Of a DNA stretch of 64,000 nucleotides, positions 10,571-22,035 are shown in pieces. The position numbers and the translations under genes were made by a program. The notes below the pieces were generated by a model that was not told the origin of the DNA, searched no databases, and was given only the letters and a program-made list of their open reading frames with translations. Position 1 is the first letter of the stretch; each line of letters begins with the position of its first letter. Source of the stretch: Harriotta raleighana (taxonomy: Eukaryota); contig JBNZDD010013686.1 in assembly GCA_050575255.1 (NCBI GenBank), positions 2,103,742 to 2,167,741 of the forward strand. The letters run 5' to 3'.

Positions 10571-12081
10571 AACAAATAGTTTGAAGAGATATAATTTTTT
10601 TTTTAAATCACCTTGTTCTTTAATGGCAGTCTGATCCACAGATGTTTTCTAGAGTCAAAACCTTGAAGAACTGAATAGCACCTTGCTTTGATGCCAGTAT
10701 GAATACCTTACACCTAATCTTCAAAAATGACAAGAGTTCTCTCGTAGCTAAACTTTACTGTATCTAACATTACAATGACTAAAATATTATGAAAATATTA
10801 AGAAATTACAAAAAACTAGTCTTATGATGATTGAAGATTTCACTTAAAGTCAGCAATCTTTCAATGGCCTGTTGATAAACGTTATGAATAATGTTTAAAG
10901 TCTCAATTATTTGCAGTTTAGTGAGTTTTTTTGTGGAAAGGGTTAGTGTTTTCTGCGTACATCAATGAAAATAATAAGCTGGCACTCACTGAATACATGT
11001 TACTTTTTTAAAGAAAATCCTGGAAATGCTAATTTTGTTAATGAATGAAGAGAATTAAAAGCTTATAAACTACAATTTCTTACCTTGGGAAATGGTTTCA
11101 AATTAAAACCGGTACATAAGATGAAATGATTTTTGTTGAATTATTTATGAATCACTTATATATCTTAAAACCAGCAAAAATGTTTTTAAAAAGTACATCT
11201 CACTCTAAAAATAATGTGAATAATGTTTCATGGTAAATCAAAAAAGCGATTGAAATAGTTTCAGGTAAATGATTCCTTATGCCAATTTTACTAAAGACAC
11301 TTTTTTTCATTTTGAGTTGCATTTATCAATTTGAATATGTGAAGCTTGCTTCAACAGTGATTCTGAATCAGCCAATAATGGGATCTTCTCAAGTGGTCTT
11401 AAGCTTGCAGGAAAGGACAAGCCATGCTATTAGTGATGTATTACTGTGTTTTCATTATCACCACTTTACAGACTTGGGTAGAATCAAGGCTTGATTTTAT
11501 ATTCTATGAGAAGCTGAACAGTCTAGGTGCCAACTGTGTGAAATTGCATTTACTTCGAAAAATGTTATCTTAGATTTTTACAGCACTCTAGGACTGAGTG
11601 CAGACAATTTCATGCAAATCTAACTTCTGTTGCTAATGGACCTTGAAGCTGCCACTCTGCATTAGGTTTGGGGAGGAGGGGAGAGGTGGCTTCATTGTTT
11701 GCACTTGAATTGTTTTGCTTTTTTTCAAAAAAATTGATCAAGGCTATATTCAAGTTGGAGGATTGGGAGCCAGGTGGGGGAAATTCATAAGTGCCAACCA
11801 TTTAAAAAATTAAAGGTAAACCTTTTAAGACATGTTCATATTTCAAAGTAAACCTTCCATATACTGTACTGGCAATCATGGAGAAAAATGATAAAATGTT
11901 TGGAACAACCTAGTGAGTGAGATAGGGAGGCTAAACACAAAGGATGTTCAAAAAGGAAACTGGATTCAATGGGTAAAAAAGGGCGAGCATCACTACCCTA
12001 TCATATTTTATAATTCTTAGTGTCTCACTGCATCTACGTTTTTGTCCCCTGTATTAAACCATTGCCGAAAAACAATATCGG

Positions 12082-12480
12082 GTATCTGCCTGGTTCAGTT
12101 GGTTGTACTGTCACATCTGAGGGAAGAAGACTGTGGGTTCAAGATTCATGTCGGGACTTTGAGCTCATAACCTATGCTGACAATCCAATGCAGTGCTCGG
12201 GGTGCATTGCATTGCCAGAGGTGCTGTAACTACAGTTGAAATGTGCAACCAATGTCCAGTCTGCCTTTTCAGGTGGACATTAAAAATCCATTGGACCTTT
12301 TTGAAAAGCACAGGTATTTTTTTTTACCATTGTCTGTTTTAACAATTTCCTAGACAAAAACAAATGGTCATTTACTTCATGGTTGTTTGTGAATCACTGC
12401 TGTATGCGAATTGGCTGCACATTTCCCTACGGTCACTACATTTTACAGTAAATTGTGTGAAGCACTTTGAGACATCCTCC
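12082..12480 (+). mobile_element. Older SacSINE1-like DeuSINE, near full length
   Basis: tRNA-like head, then TTGAGCTCATAACCTATGCTGACA...GTCTGCCTTTTCAGGTGGACATTAAAAATCCAT (long Deu domain), then the TGTTTGTG...AATTGGCTGC and GTGAAGCACTTTGAGACATCC 3' segments shared with the young SINE. The family name comes from a recalled consensus. Confidence 0.7.
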
Positions 12481-13429
12481 TTATTCCTTTTTTTTGTCAT
12501 TTGTTCACAATATTAAAAGTGGTTCACAAATTGATTTTGCTGGAATGATTACAGTACAGTACTTGCCTCCAGATCAAATTTTGGACAGAGGCAAATCACT
12601 CTTCTGTAATATACCCTTGTCATAATTTGTCGCTTCATCAACTGTAATTTGTGGTTGTGGTGAGAGTGCTAGCTGCTGGCGATTTTATGACAAGTATTTC
12701 ATGTTTTCCCATTATATTTTATTATAAAATGTGCAGTGATCTTATCAAATCCTGAACAAAACCATCATTTTGCAAACTAAGATTAGTGAAATTACACGGT
12801 ATATTCCATTTTTATATAATGTAGAGTAAAAAAAACTAAATGGTGAAAATGAATTCTATCACTTTTTTCAATTAATCAATTTCTGAATGCAATGGGGACT
12901 CACAGAGAGATACCATTATGAATATATTTCAGAATAATTCAGACATCATAAGGAATAATATGCAGTAAGAAAATCTGAGTTGTGAATATTAGTTGCATAT
13001 AGACATCAAATACGTTTTTAAAATCAATAATTTTTTAAGGGGAATGTTCTACTGTTGGCTGAAGTTCCAGTTTTCTTAATTCTACACACGATTTTAGTGC
13101 TTGTCTAAGATTTGCTGCAGAGCCTTAAAGCTGTGCTGTAATTACTGAATGCGATATTAACTCATTTGCGAGGCACTCCAAAAGTGATTTTGAAGAACTT
13201 GCAGAAATGAAGGAAGGACAATCAAGGGCTGGCCACAGATTTAATACAGCTCCACGCTGGCTAATGTCTGCTACCTGGAGTGTGAAGCTGATTGTCATTA
13301 CTCCACACTTCCTCATAACCAAATGCTGGGCAATCCACTTTGATATATCATTTAGCGAGTGTTGGTGATTACTTTACTACTTCATGAAACTTTTCCTCCT
13401 GGGAGGACAACATTTTTTTTCTATTTAGA

Positions 13430-13610
13430 GCCTTTTCTACTCAGGCCAGGTCTCTGTATTTAAGAGAAAACTTGACAAACACCTGAAGAGAAAAGAAGGG
13501 TGATACTGACAAGAATTTGAGGATTGTGGGTTTATTAACAAACACTGACATGGACCATTTAGGACAAATGGCCTCTTTCTGTGGTGTATCACGCTATGTA
13601 ACTCTAATAA
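13430..13610 (+). mobile_element. Decayed CR1 3' end
   Basis: TTTAAGAGAAAACTTGACAAACACCTG...GGACAAATGGCCTCTTTCTGTGGTGTATCACGCTATGTAACTCTA. Confidence 0.6.
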
Positions 13611-13924
13611 CGTGAGTATCAATAAGTAAAAACTGAACTCACAAATAAAAGATAGAAGCGAAACAAAATCCTCCTAAAATAATTTTTAAAAATTGTCTTT
13701 TTACTAAAGGAAGAGAATTAGTTATTTTTAATTTAGCCTGCAATGTCACCATCTCGCTCTCCCATCTTAGCAAAAGTATTGGTTAGATGTAGAATAAGTT
13801 CCCTCTGCTTTTTGTCAAACATGTACATTCATCACAAGCTTGTCCTATCTCAAACATGACATATCCAATATCTCATCCCAGCTATCCGTGTGACTGCTAG
13901 TCAGTGACATATTGTGACCAGTTT

Positions 13925-14240
13925 TAACAATAATAATGATCTTGCATTTGATATAGTACCTTATCACCCTATTGAGACTTCGTAAAGTGCTTTACAGAAT
14001 ATACTGTGAAGTGATGCGACTTTGCAAATTTAGTGGTGAACTCGGCAGCCAATTTGGGCACTGCAAGGTCCTACAAACAGCCATGGAGTGAACAACCAAT
14101 TTTATTTGGAGGTTTGTTGGCCAGGAGACCAGGGAAACTCCGTTCTACTGTTGAATAGCGTAACATAGCCTCACTTTAACGTCTCATCCGAAGGATACCA
14201 CTATCAAAAATACAGTTATTCTCTAGCTCTGCAATACACT
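13925..14240 (-). mobile_element. DeuSINE copy with a young-SINE-type tail and a longer Deu domain
   Basis: Tail CTTGCATTTGATATAG...AGAATATACTGTGAAGTGA, plus TTTAACGTCTCATCCGAAGGA (reverse complement of the Deu TTCGGATGAGACGTTAAA motif). Confidence 0.7.
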
Positions 14241-14349
14241 TTGCTGTCCTCCCAACCTGAAAGATGCTCTACAACTGTAATTTTATTGTTGTCAAACGAT
14301 TGATATCTCAAAGAATACTGTTGCTCCTGTTTGACATGTATGGAGTAGT

Positions 14350-14662
14350 TAATAATAATAATAATAATCCTTGCATTTGATATAGCGTTTTTCATGTCTT
14401 CTAGACGTCTAAAAGCACTTCACACAATATACTGTCAAGTGAATTGACTGTATATTTGTGGGCGAAATGCAGCAGCCAATTGCGCACAGCAGTGTCCCAT
14501 AAACAGTCGTGGATTGAGTCACTGTACTGTTGTTTTTCTTTGGAGGGATTATTATTAGGCGTGTGGAGTAAGGAAACTTGCCCAGTTTTGTCTTGCCTGG
14601 AAACGAACCCAAGTCTCTCACTTGCAAGGCGAGTACTCCGACCACTGAGCTACAGCACTCCA
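14350..14662 (-). mobile_element. Full-length young tRNA/Deu SINE
   Basis: Reverse complement of the 1121-1452 family with an (AAT)n tail. Confidence 0.92.
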
Positions 14663-16369
14663 TGTTGTGTTACATCTTTGCTACAATGGTGTTTTCTTGC
14701 ATCATTTGCGCTTCTAGCAGCATAAAAGCTGAGGAACAATGCCTGACTAGAGTAATGCCAAGTATACGACTATTACCAAACAGTTCCTGTTAAGTTTTTT
14801 AAAAATTTTAAATCAAAATTGCCCCCTTCACCACCACATCCAAGAACTGTCAAAATCAGGAATGACATTTATGATTTGAAATAGTAGCACAGCTTGCAAA
14901 CCTACTTACACTATGAATCTGTGTTTATTTTAAGAGTGACATGCAGTTAATAGGGCACGTTTAAACAAAAAAAATAGCGATTGGAGTGTCACTCCTCATG
15001 AATGACACTTGGCAGGTGTGACAAACCTACATTTATAGATAATTATCCCAGTGCTCTCTAAACAGTGTTACATATTATTGCAAAGCATCTATCGCAGGTA
15101 GTTGTGTGTACATCCATGCACACACAATATGTAAGTTTTAATGCTACTATTATGGCAAATCGTACTTGCTTGCTATCATAGAGAAACCTCTGCGGGCTGC
15201 TGCCTGGTTAATTATTTGGGCAGAGTCATCTTTCCTAAAGTCTTAGCTATAAACGGTTAAATATTACAATGGAGTTGATGGAAATCATTCAAGGCAGCTA
15301 GGACAGACTCTCCCAAATGTATACAGTGCCATCTACATTTGGTCAGTAGAGGGAAAGAAGATTCAACTTTCAGACATTATAATAAGTTGATAAAACACTG
15401 ATAATCCTACAGCAAATACTAAATCTGAAACCTTGGCAAAGTGATTGTTTCTTTCCTCGATTCATCTCTAAACAAACAAACCATCATTATATTTTTTTAG
15501 CTGGCATTGGACCAGTGTGAAACTGCATTAAATCAGCTCAAACCAACACTTGACATTTTAACATTAACATACAATCAACCTTTACAATAAACTGTGTACC
15601 ATGGCTGCGACGTAAGTGTCCCTTATAAATGGCTGGGGCCTTGTCCCTAGCAACGCAGGGTTCCAGCTGTGTATTTTCTGCAGTTAGGAAAGGTTTTCTT
15701 TCAAATCACATTTGATCCCTGCTTACCTGCCAGGTCATGTGTCACTACATATCCTTTCCACTGTCGTAACTTATTTCAAGCATAAAGTAGCTCATTACAA
15801 CTGATGATTAAATCTGAACATTTAAATGCGACACTTACTAGCCAAACTCAAAAATAGCTAGGATGGAAATCCTAATGTATTTGCTAGACTTTTAGGGTTA
15901 GACCTGCACATTCAATAAAATTCCTTTGAATACCTTTTCAACGGACAAAGATTTAGTAAATGCACAAAAACTAGTCTAATTATTCAGGAAGAGTTACAAT
16001 CCTATGATATTTATATAATTTTGTCTAATTTTATTTGTTGATTTCTGGACATTTATTTTTAAATTTTACTTGTCTGTTCTAAGATCCATCATGACAATTT
16101 AAAGTTAAATAGGATTCTCCAGAATGCAGGTTAATTCAAATGGGAACTAATAAGAAAACTAAATTGTACAAATCACATGGAGGACTCTTGATAAAACAGT
16201 TTTAATAATTATAGATGTGTAAAATGTGCCTTAGACATGTGTACAGGTGAACACACCTGAACATACTGTCATGCCAAAATGTTCTTCCAGTAAAAGAGCA
16301 GTGATAGAAACTTGTACCTCTAAAAGATGGAAGTGGTGGTGAAGTTAAAGAGGTTAAAATAGCTGAAAT

Positions 16370-16600
16370 AGAAGTGTTCACTGGAGAGAATAATAACCTG
16401 CCATTTAATTTCTGTACTACACCCATTATCTTGGAGGATTTTGAATTTAGTGTGGTAGAGGTACTTGATAGATTAGAAACATTTACAATTAACTAATTCC
16501 TGACTAGATGGTTCATGTCCTATTTGTTGAAGATCAGAAAAGAAACTTAGGAAGGCGAACTGGTTACCATCATAGAGAATCACTTAAGCTCTGGTAGAAG
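16370..16600 (+). mobile_element. Decayed CR1 ORF2 internal fragment (tether/RT start)
   Basis: Translates as VFTGENNNLP...LEDFEFSVVEVLDRLE, followed by a frameshifted remnant resembling the KSPGPDG region. Confidence 0.55.
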
Positions 16601-17011
16601 CAACAAGTCTAGCATCCACTATGGGCAATGATCTTACTCCCACAGCTATACTTAAATTTTCAGCTTTACTTAATGCATTTAGCATACAGTAATCTATATT
16701 TTGCATATTTATACTCTTTGCAAAGATTCTTGCCTAAAAGGGGGAAGCACACTTGTGGACAACATTGTGTCAGAAAGGAAAAAACACAAGGCATAGATGG
16801 ATACCTATCCTCACCAATAATTGACTTGGTCCATTGCAAAAGAATGGCTGCTTTGACACCAAAAAGTTGTGCAAAATATTTATTTAAACTAGTTTAAACA
16901 TATGTAAAATGCTCAATTTCTTCAGCCCTCAGAGGGGAACTAAATGTCATCATACTGGTACCATTTATAATTGGTAAATTGTGGTATACCAAACTGTCTA
17001 TATTTCATTAG

Positions 17012-17090
17012 TACATAAGAACATAAGAATTAGGAGCAGGAGTAGGCCATTCAGCCCTTCGAGCCTGCCCCGCCATTCAATAAGATCATG
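17012..17090 (-). mobile_element. CR1-clade (HER1-like) 3' tail
   Basis: ACATAAGAACATAAGAATTAGGAGCAGGAGTAGGCCATTCAGCCCTTCGAGCCTGCCCCGCCATTCAATAAGATCATG is the reverse complement of 26710-26790. Confidence 0.85.
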
Positions 17091-18477
17091 CTGAACATTT
17101 AGTAATAGTGAATTACAAGCATTCTTGCATTATCATGCTGAAAAAAGAAAAGCACAAATCACTTGTGTCTGAATCTCTTGCTTATGGTTTCAACAGTTGT
17201 GAAAGATTCATTTCAACTCTGATCACTGAAGAGATATCCTCCATCTGTCAAACCCAGAAGTTTGGATCAGATATCTAACGCTAAAGCTGGTGCCAACAAG
17301 ACATTGAAAATACACAAACATTGACCATGTTAAAGTGCCAAAGGCATTTGAGCTCAGAAGCTTTACATTAATGTTGTGGGTTCTTAATTCAATTTTGGGA
17401 AAACGCCCATGAAGAACAGATTGTCTGTTTTTCATGGATGTTAAGAGCAACCCTGCATGCAATCAGACCGTTAAAATGAAAGAGATACAGCGTTGTGATT
17501 GCTATCAGTGTAGAACATTGACTGTTCTCAAGTTTTACTAACCATTCCACAGCACATTGTTGTTCTCAGCAAGCCTCATACAACGATGGAATGCATGATC
17601 ATTAAAATTGAAAACAGGCTTTTTTTTGCTGATAGTGATGATAGGACTACAGTATACATATTGCCATCATATGTGTTTTGAACCCTTGATATTTTCATTG
17701 TTTCTAAAATGACATTTGTAGCCCTATTTGGGGGATTTAGAGCAGAATAAGTATCTGCAACTGCCATGAATTGCTTGTTCAAAATTGTTGTAGTATTGTT
17801 ATAATTATTTGAACAATCTGTTGTGTTTAAAAAAAAAATTTAAAAAAAATTCTTAAAGAGAAAATACTTATCGAGGAAGGTCTAGACCAGCCGTGGCTAA
17901 CCTTTATGGTCGGTCAACAAAATTAATTTTTTTGATGAATAATTCTTGATTTTTCGAACACTGACTTACCTTAGACTTATGCAAATGTTCTTGACAATTA
18001 GTGATACAGCGATAATGTTGTGTCAATGAGCAATACCATATACAGTACATCCCTCTAATTCATTACAGGACCTTTTGTCAGATGACAACCACTCCCCTAC
18101 CCTCTTTTAATCTTATGTAGACGGTAGTGATGCTGTTTGAGAAAATAGCAGGCCATTTTGGAAAATGTTCAATAATTTTTTTTCTGCGGATTTATGATGG
18201 GAGAGGGGGGTATGGATGGAACTTTCTGAGCAAAGGCAATATTGAGCTCCAGGAGATCATTTCTACAATCAGAAAGAAACACTCGGTGAAACTTCAACAG
18301 TGTGGGGAGGGTAGGAATGCGTTTTTGGGGTTATTGGTCGTTAGTTCTGCTTACAAAAAATCCTCCCCACATTAGTGCAAATATTGTCATCACAAGAAGG
18401 AAAGGGCCACTGGCTTTCACGAGTGTGTGGTCGACATACAGTACTTTTTCAACTTTTCGATTTTGACAATAAAATCA

Positions 18478-18580
18478 TTCTTCCATTTGATGTAGCACTT
18501 TATCATGTCTTCGAGACGTGTCAATGCACTCCACAGAATAAATTGTAAAGTGAATTGACTCTGTATTTTGTGGGCTGTTG
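18478..18580 (-). mobile_element. Young SINE tail fragment
   Basis: CATTTGATGTAGCAC...TTCGAGACGT...TGTAAAGTGAATTGACT. Confidence 0.7.
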
Positions 18581-19069
18581 GGTTATGTTCAAGGGATTTT
18601 AAAAAAATCTGTTTCCAATTACGCCTTAAGGGATTTGTTTTCCACTGATCTAATAATAAAAAACCTCTAACATTTCCAGACCTTAGATCAGTTGAATTTT
18701 GACTACAGCATATGATGTCACCAAGAAACTAATCCTCCCAAAGTCACTCAGAACACGAAATCCTTTGGTTTATAGTAAACCCTCAGTTGGTCAGTGGAAC
18801 ATGGCACTGGATTCTTTCAGGTCATATATGAACTTTACAAATTTTGCAAATAAGTTTTTTTTTGTTTTAAGATTAAACTTGGAGGCAAGAAGTATAGGAA
18901 TGAGAGAATTCCATTCACTCATCTATCTTGTTTCATTGACCAGCTCATGCTTCCGTGTTTCTGGTCACAATCCATCTTTTTCGAACAATTCTTCAGTCGT
19001 TCACCTCATGACAGTTTGTGGGACTTTGCTGGCACAAATGTTTGCCATGTTTGCTTACAAATAAAATAA

Positions 19070-19380
19070 GAAGAATAATAATCCTTGCAGTTGATTTAAT
19101 GCGTTTCACAACTTCTAGATGTCTCAAAGTGCTTCACAGAATATACTGTAAAGTGAATTGACTGTACATTTGTGGGCAAAACACAGCAGCCAATTGCATT
19201 CGGCAGTGTACCACAAACAGCCGTGGATGGAAATGACCAATTTATTGTAGGGTTTTTTTCAGGGATTATTATTAGTCGTGTGGAGTAAGAGAATTTGCCC
19301 AAGGTTTCGCCCTGCTTGATTCGAATACAGGTCTTAAGCTTGTAAGGCGAGTGCTCTAACCACTGAGCTACAGGACTCCA
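19070..19380 (-). mobile_element. Full-length young tRNA/Deu SINE
   Basis: Ends in TGCTCTAACCACTGAGCTACAGGACTCC (reverse complement of the tRNA head). Confidence 0.92.
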
Positions 19381-19530
19381 CAATAATCCACTACGCTTGA
19401 CAGTGATTACCTGAGATTACACTTTGAGACATTTCAACATAAGGTGCTGAAAAAAGACAATTATTTTAATTCCCTGGTGAATCGGAAATTGAGTCAATTC
19501 CCTTTTGATAGGTCTGAGTCAGTACTCATT

Positions 19531-19544
19531 GCACTAGATGGCAG
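19531..19544 (+). promoter_or_regulatory. CTCF-like motif, forward orientation
   Basis: GCACTAGATGGCAG, with one mismatch to CCASYAGRKGGCRS. Confidence 0.5.
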
Positions 19545-20844
19545 TCTACTCCATAAATTGATAATTCTATGCTTGTAGTGTCTTAAACTATGTTCATTGT
19601 TGCTTTAGTTTGTGTAATATGTTTGACTCATTACAGTTCACACCAGCATGGATTACTTATGTTTTTGCCATAAGACTTTCCTTCCTTTCAATACCCAATG
19701 AGTCAGAAGCAATGTTGGACAGTGTATGAAATGAACAAAAGCACCTTAATAAAATATAAACCAATTGTTCCAGCAGACATGAGCTAGTGGATCAAATTAT
19801 TCTGCCATTCTGTCACATAAACCATGATGGGTCTTAACCATTAACATGTGTTGTTACCAAAAGAAAATATATTCTATTTATAGTGTGTTAACACAATCCT
19901 GATTTCATAGCCTGCTCATAGAATGCATCTTCTAACATATCATTCCTAATAGATGGCTACATATAACTATATGACTGACACAATATAGATCATTGACAAT
20001 GTACAGTACAGTATATGGATACCACATTAGGTCTAGTTAAAGAGCGGTAGGTAGATTTTGGAAATTCTTTCTAAATTCTCACTGACTGCACTGGACTCTA
20101 CATGAAGCTAAAGTGTCTGATTGTCCAGGCTTCCAAACAAACATTGCTAAAGAATTTATTCCAATATAAGCATTTGATGTAGCGCCTTATCAACATCTCA
20201 AAACGCTTCCTTCATTATTAAATATTCCAAAGCCCCTCACATTGATTTTCAGCAAGGAGAGGATTTTTTGAGAAGACTCTTAACTTTCGCTATCAACCAT
20301 GTGGAGTGTGAAGCTTTTTCCACTTATAATCAACGTTGTTTCCATGTGATAATATTAGCAAACTTTTGCATACAGTACTGTATTCAGCATCTTATTCCTT
20401 GAGATTCTCTTTCCCTCAACACATTCAGGAAAGTTGGAATATTACATTTGTTACTACTTTTAAAATTGAAACATATCTACGATTGTTCAATAAAATTGTA
20501 CCTTCTTTGAGCTTTGTGCCTATATCTGGAAGACGTGAAAAGTGCTATATCAAATGCAAGGATTATTATTATTATTATGGATGAGGAATCACCAGTTTCC
20601 CTACATGCTGAAGTTCAGGTTGCAAAGTAAATGCAGAATAAGTGATCGATACTGCTGGGTATCAGTGCATTAATGTGTCATGTTGCTGAACTGTCCACTT
20701 GTTTGCCATTACAGAGTGGTACATCTGATCTTTGCTTTCACTATTACATTGTGGTGCAAAAATGTATATTTTGGTAAAGATATACAAGAGTCACTGATTT
20801 GCGTTGCGCCCATAGTAGAGCGATGTAAGTCTCAGCCTGGTATT

Positions 20845-22035
20845 TGCAACAACAGTAAAATTCCGTGTGTACAGCGCCTTCCATGTCGGGAGGATGTCCC
20901 AAGGTGCTAGACGGTCAGTGTTTCGGACCTGAGCTGGTGTCAGGATCGGGGAGGGTGGGGCGAGGCAGGGGAAGTGGAGGGGTGATGATTGGCATGGTCG
21001 AAGAGAAGATTCTTGAGGTGGGACTTGAATTAGGCTAGGAAGGGGTAGAGGCGGAGGAACTGTAGGATGGAATTCCAGAGGTTGGGGGCAGAGTAGCTGA
21101 AGGCTTGCTTGCCGATGGTGGGGCGGATGAGTCGGGGGACAACATGGAGCAGGCTGGAGCCTGCTGAGTGGAGGGAGCGGACATGTTGGTAGGGGGTTAG
21201 GAGGTCCAAAAGGTAGGATGGAACAAAGCCATGGAGGGCTTTCAAGGTGAGAACCAGGACCTTGAATTAATTCCTCTGGGTGATGAGGAGCCAGTGGAGT
21301 TGGGCGAGAATTGAGTTGATGGGGGCGTGGAACTTGGAGCAGGAGAGGACACTGACTGCAGAATTCTGGATGATCTGCAGCCTATTAAGGGAGGAGTTGG
21401 GGAGGCTGACAAGTAGGGCATTGGCACAATCAAGCTTGGATGTGATGAAAGCTTGGATGAGAGTTTCAGCAGCCTGAGGGTGAGGTAGTGGCAATGTTGT
21501 GGAAGTGAGGGAAGGCAGAGCTGTTCACGGCATGGATGTGAGGGAGAAAAAATAGTTGAGGAGTGAGCAAGACACCTAGGTTGCCAACTGATTTGGTGAG
21601 GTGGAATGTGCATCCATGAAGATCGCGTGCCTGAGGGGCGAAGGCGCTGGTGCGAGCCAATCAGTAAGGCCTCTGTCTTATTGACATTCAACAGTAAAAG
21701 CTCTCTTCCAGGTCTTGATGCCTGACAGACAGTTTGTCAGGACAGCAGTGGTGGTTCTGGAGTTGAGGGTGGAGGCAGAAAGATAGGGTTGGCTGTCATT
21801 CACATACATGGCTCGTTGACCCCATGTCTGTGGATGATGTCACCAAGGGGGAGCGTATAGATGTTGAAAAGGAGAGGGCCAAGGACAGAGTCCTAGGGGA
21901 CACCACACGTGACAGTGCAGGGCTAAGGAGAAGCCATTAGTGGCGACAAAGTGGAGACGGTGGGAGATTCGAACCAGGCAAGGGCATGTCCACAAAGATT
22001 GAGCTGAGAGGCGAGGCGGTGGCATCTCTGGCAGA
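20845..22035 (-). mobile_element. L2 LINE, 3' ~1.2 kb (degenerate RT core to tail)
   Basis: The minus strand gives a [14 protein letters not shown]-like segment, MYVNDSQ (decayed YADD), MNVNKTEALLIG, AAETLIQAFITSKLDCANALL, LHWLLITQR and AFSYSAPNLWNS, ending in a (TTG)n tail at about 20845. Confidence 0.92.
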
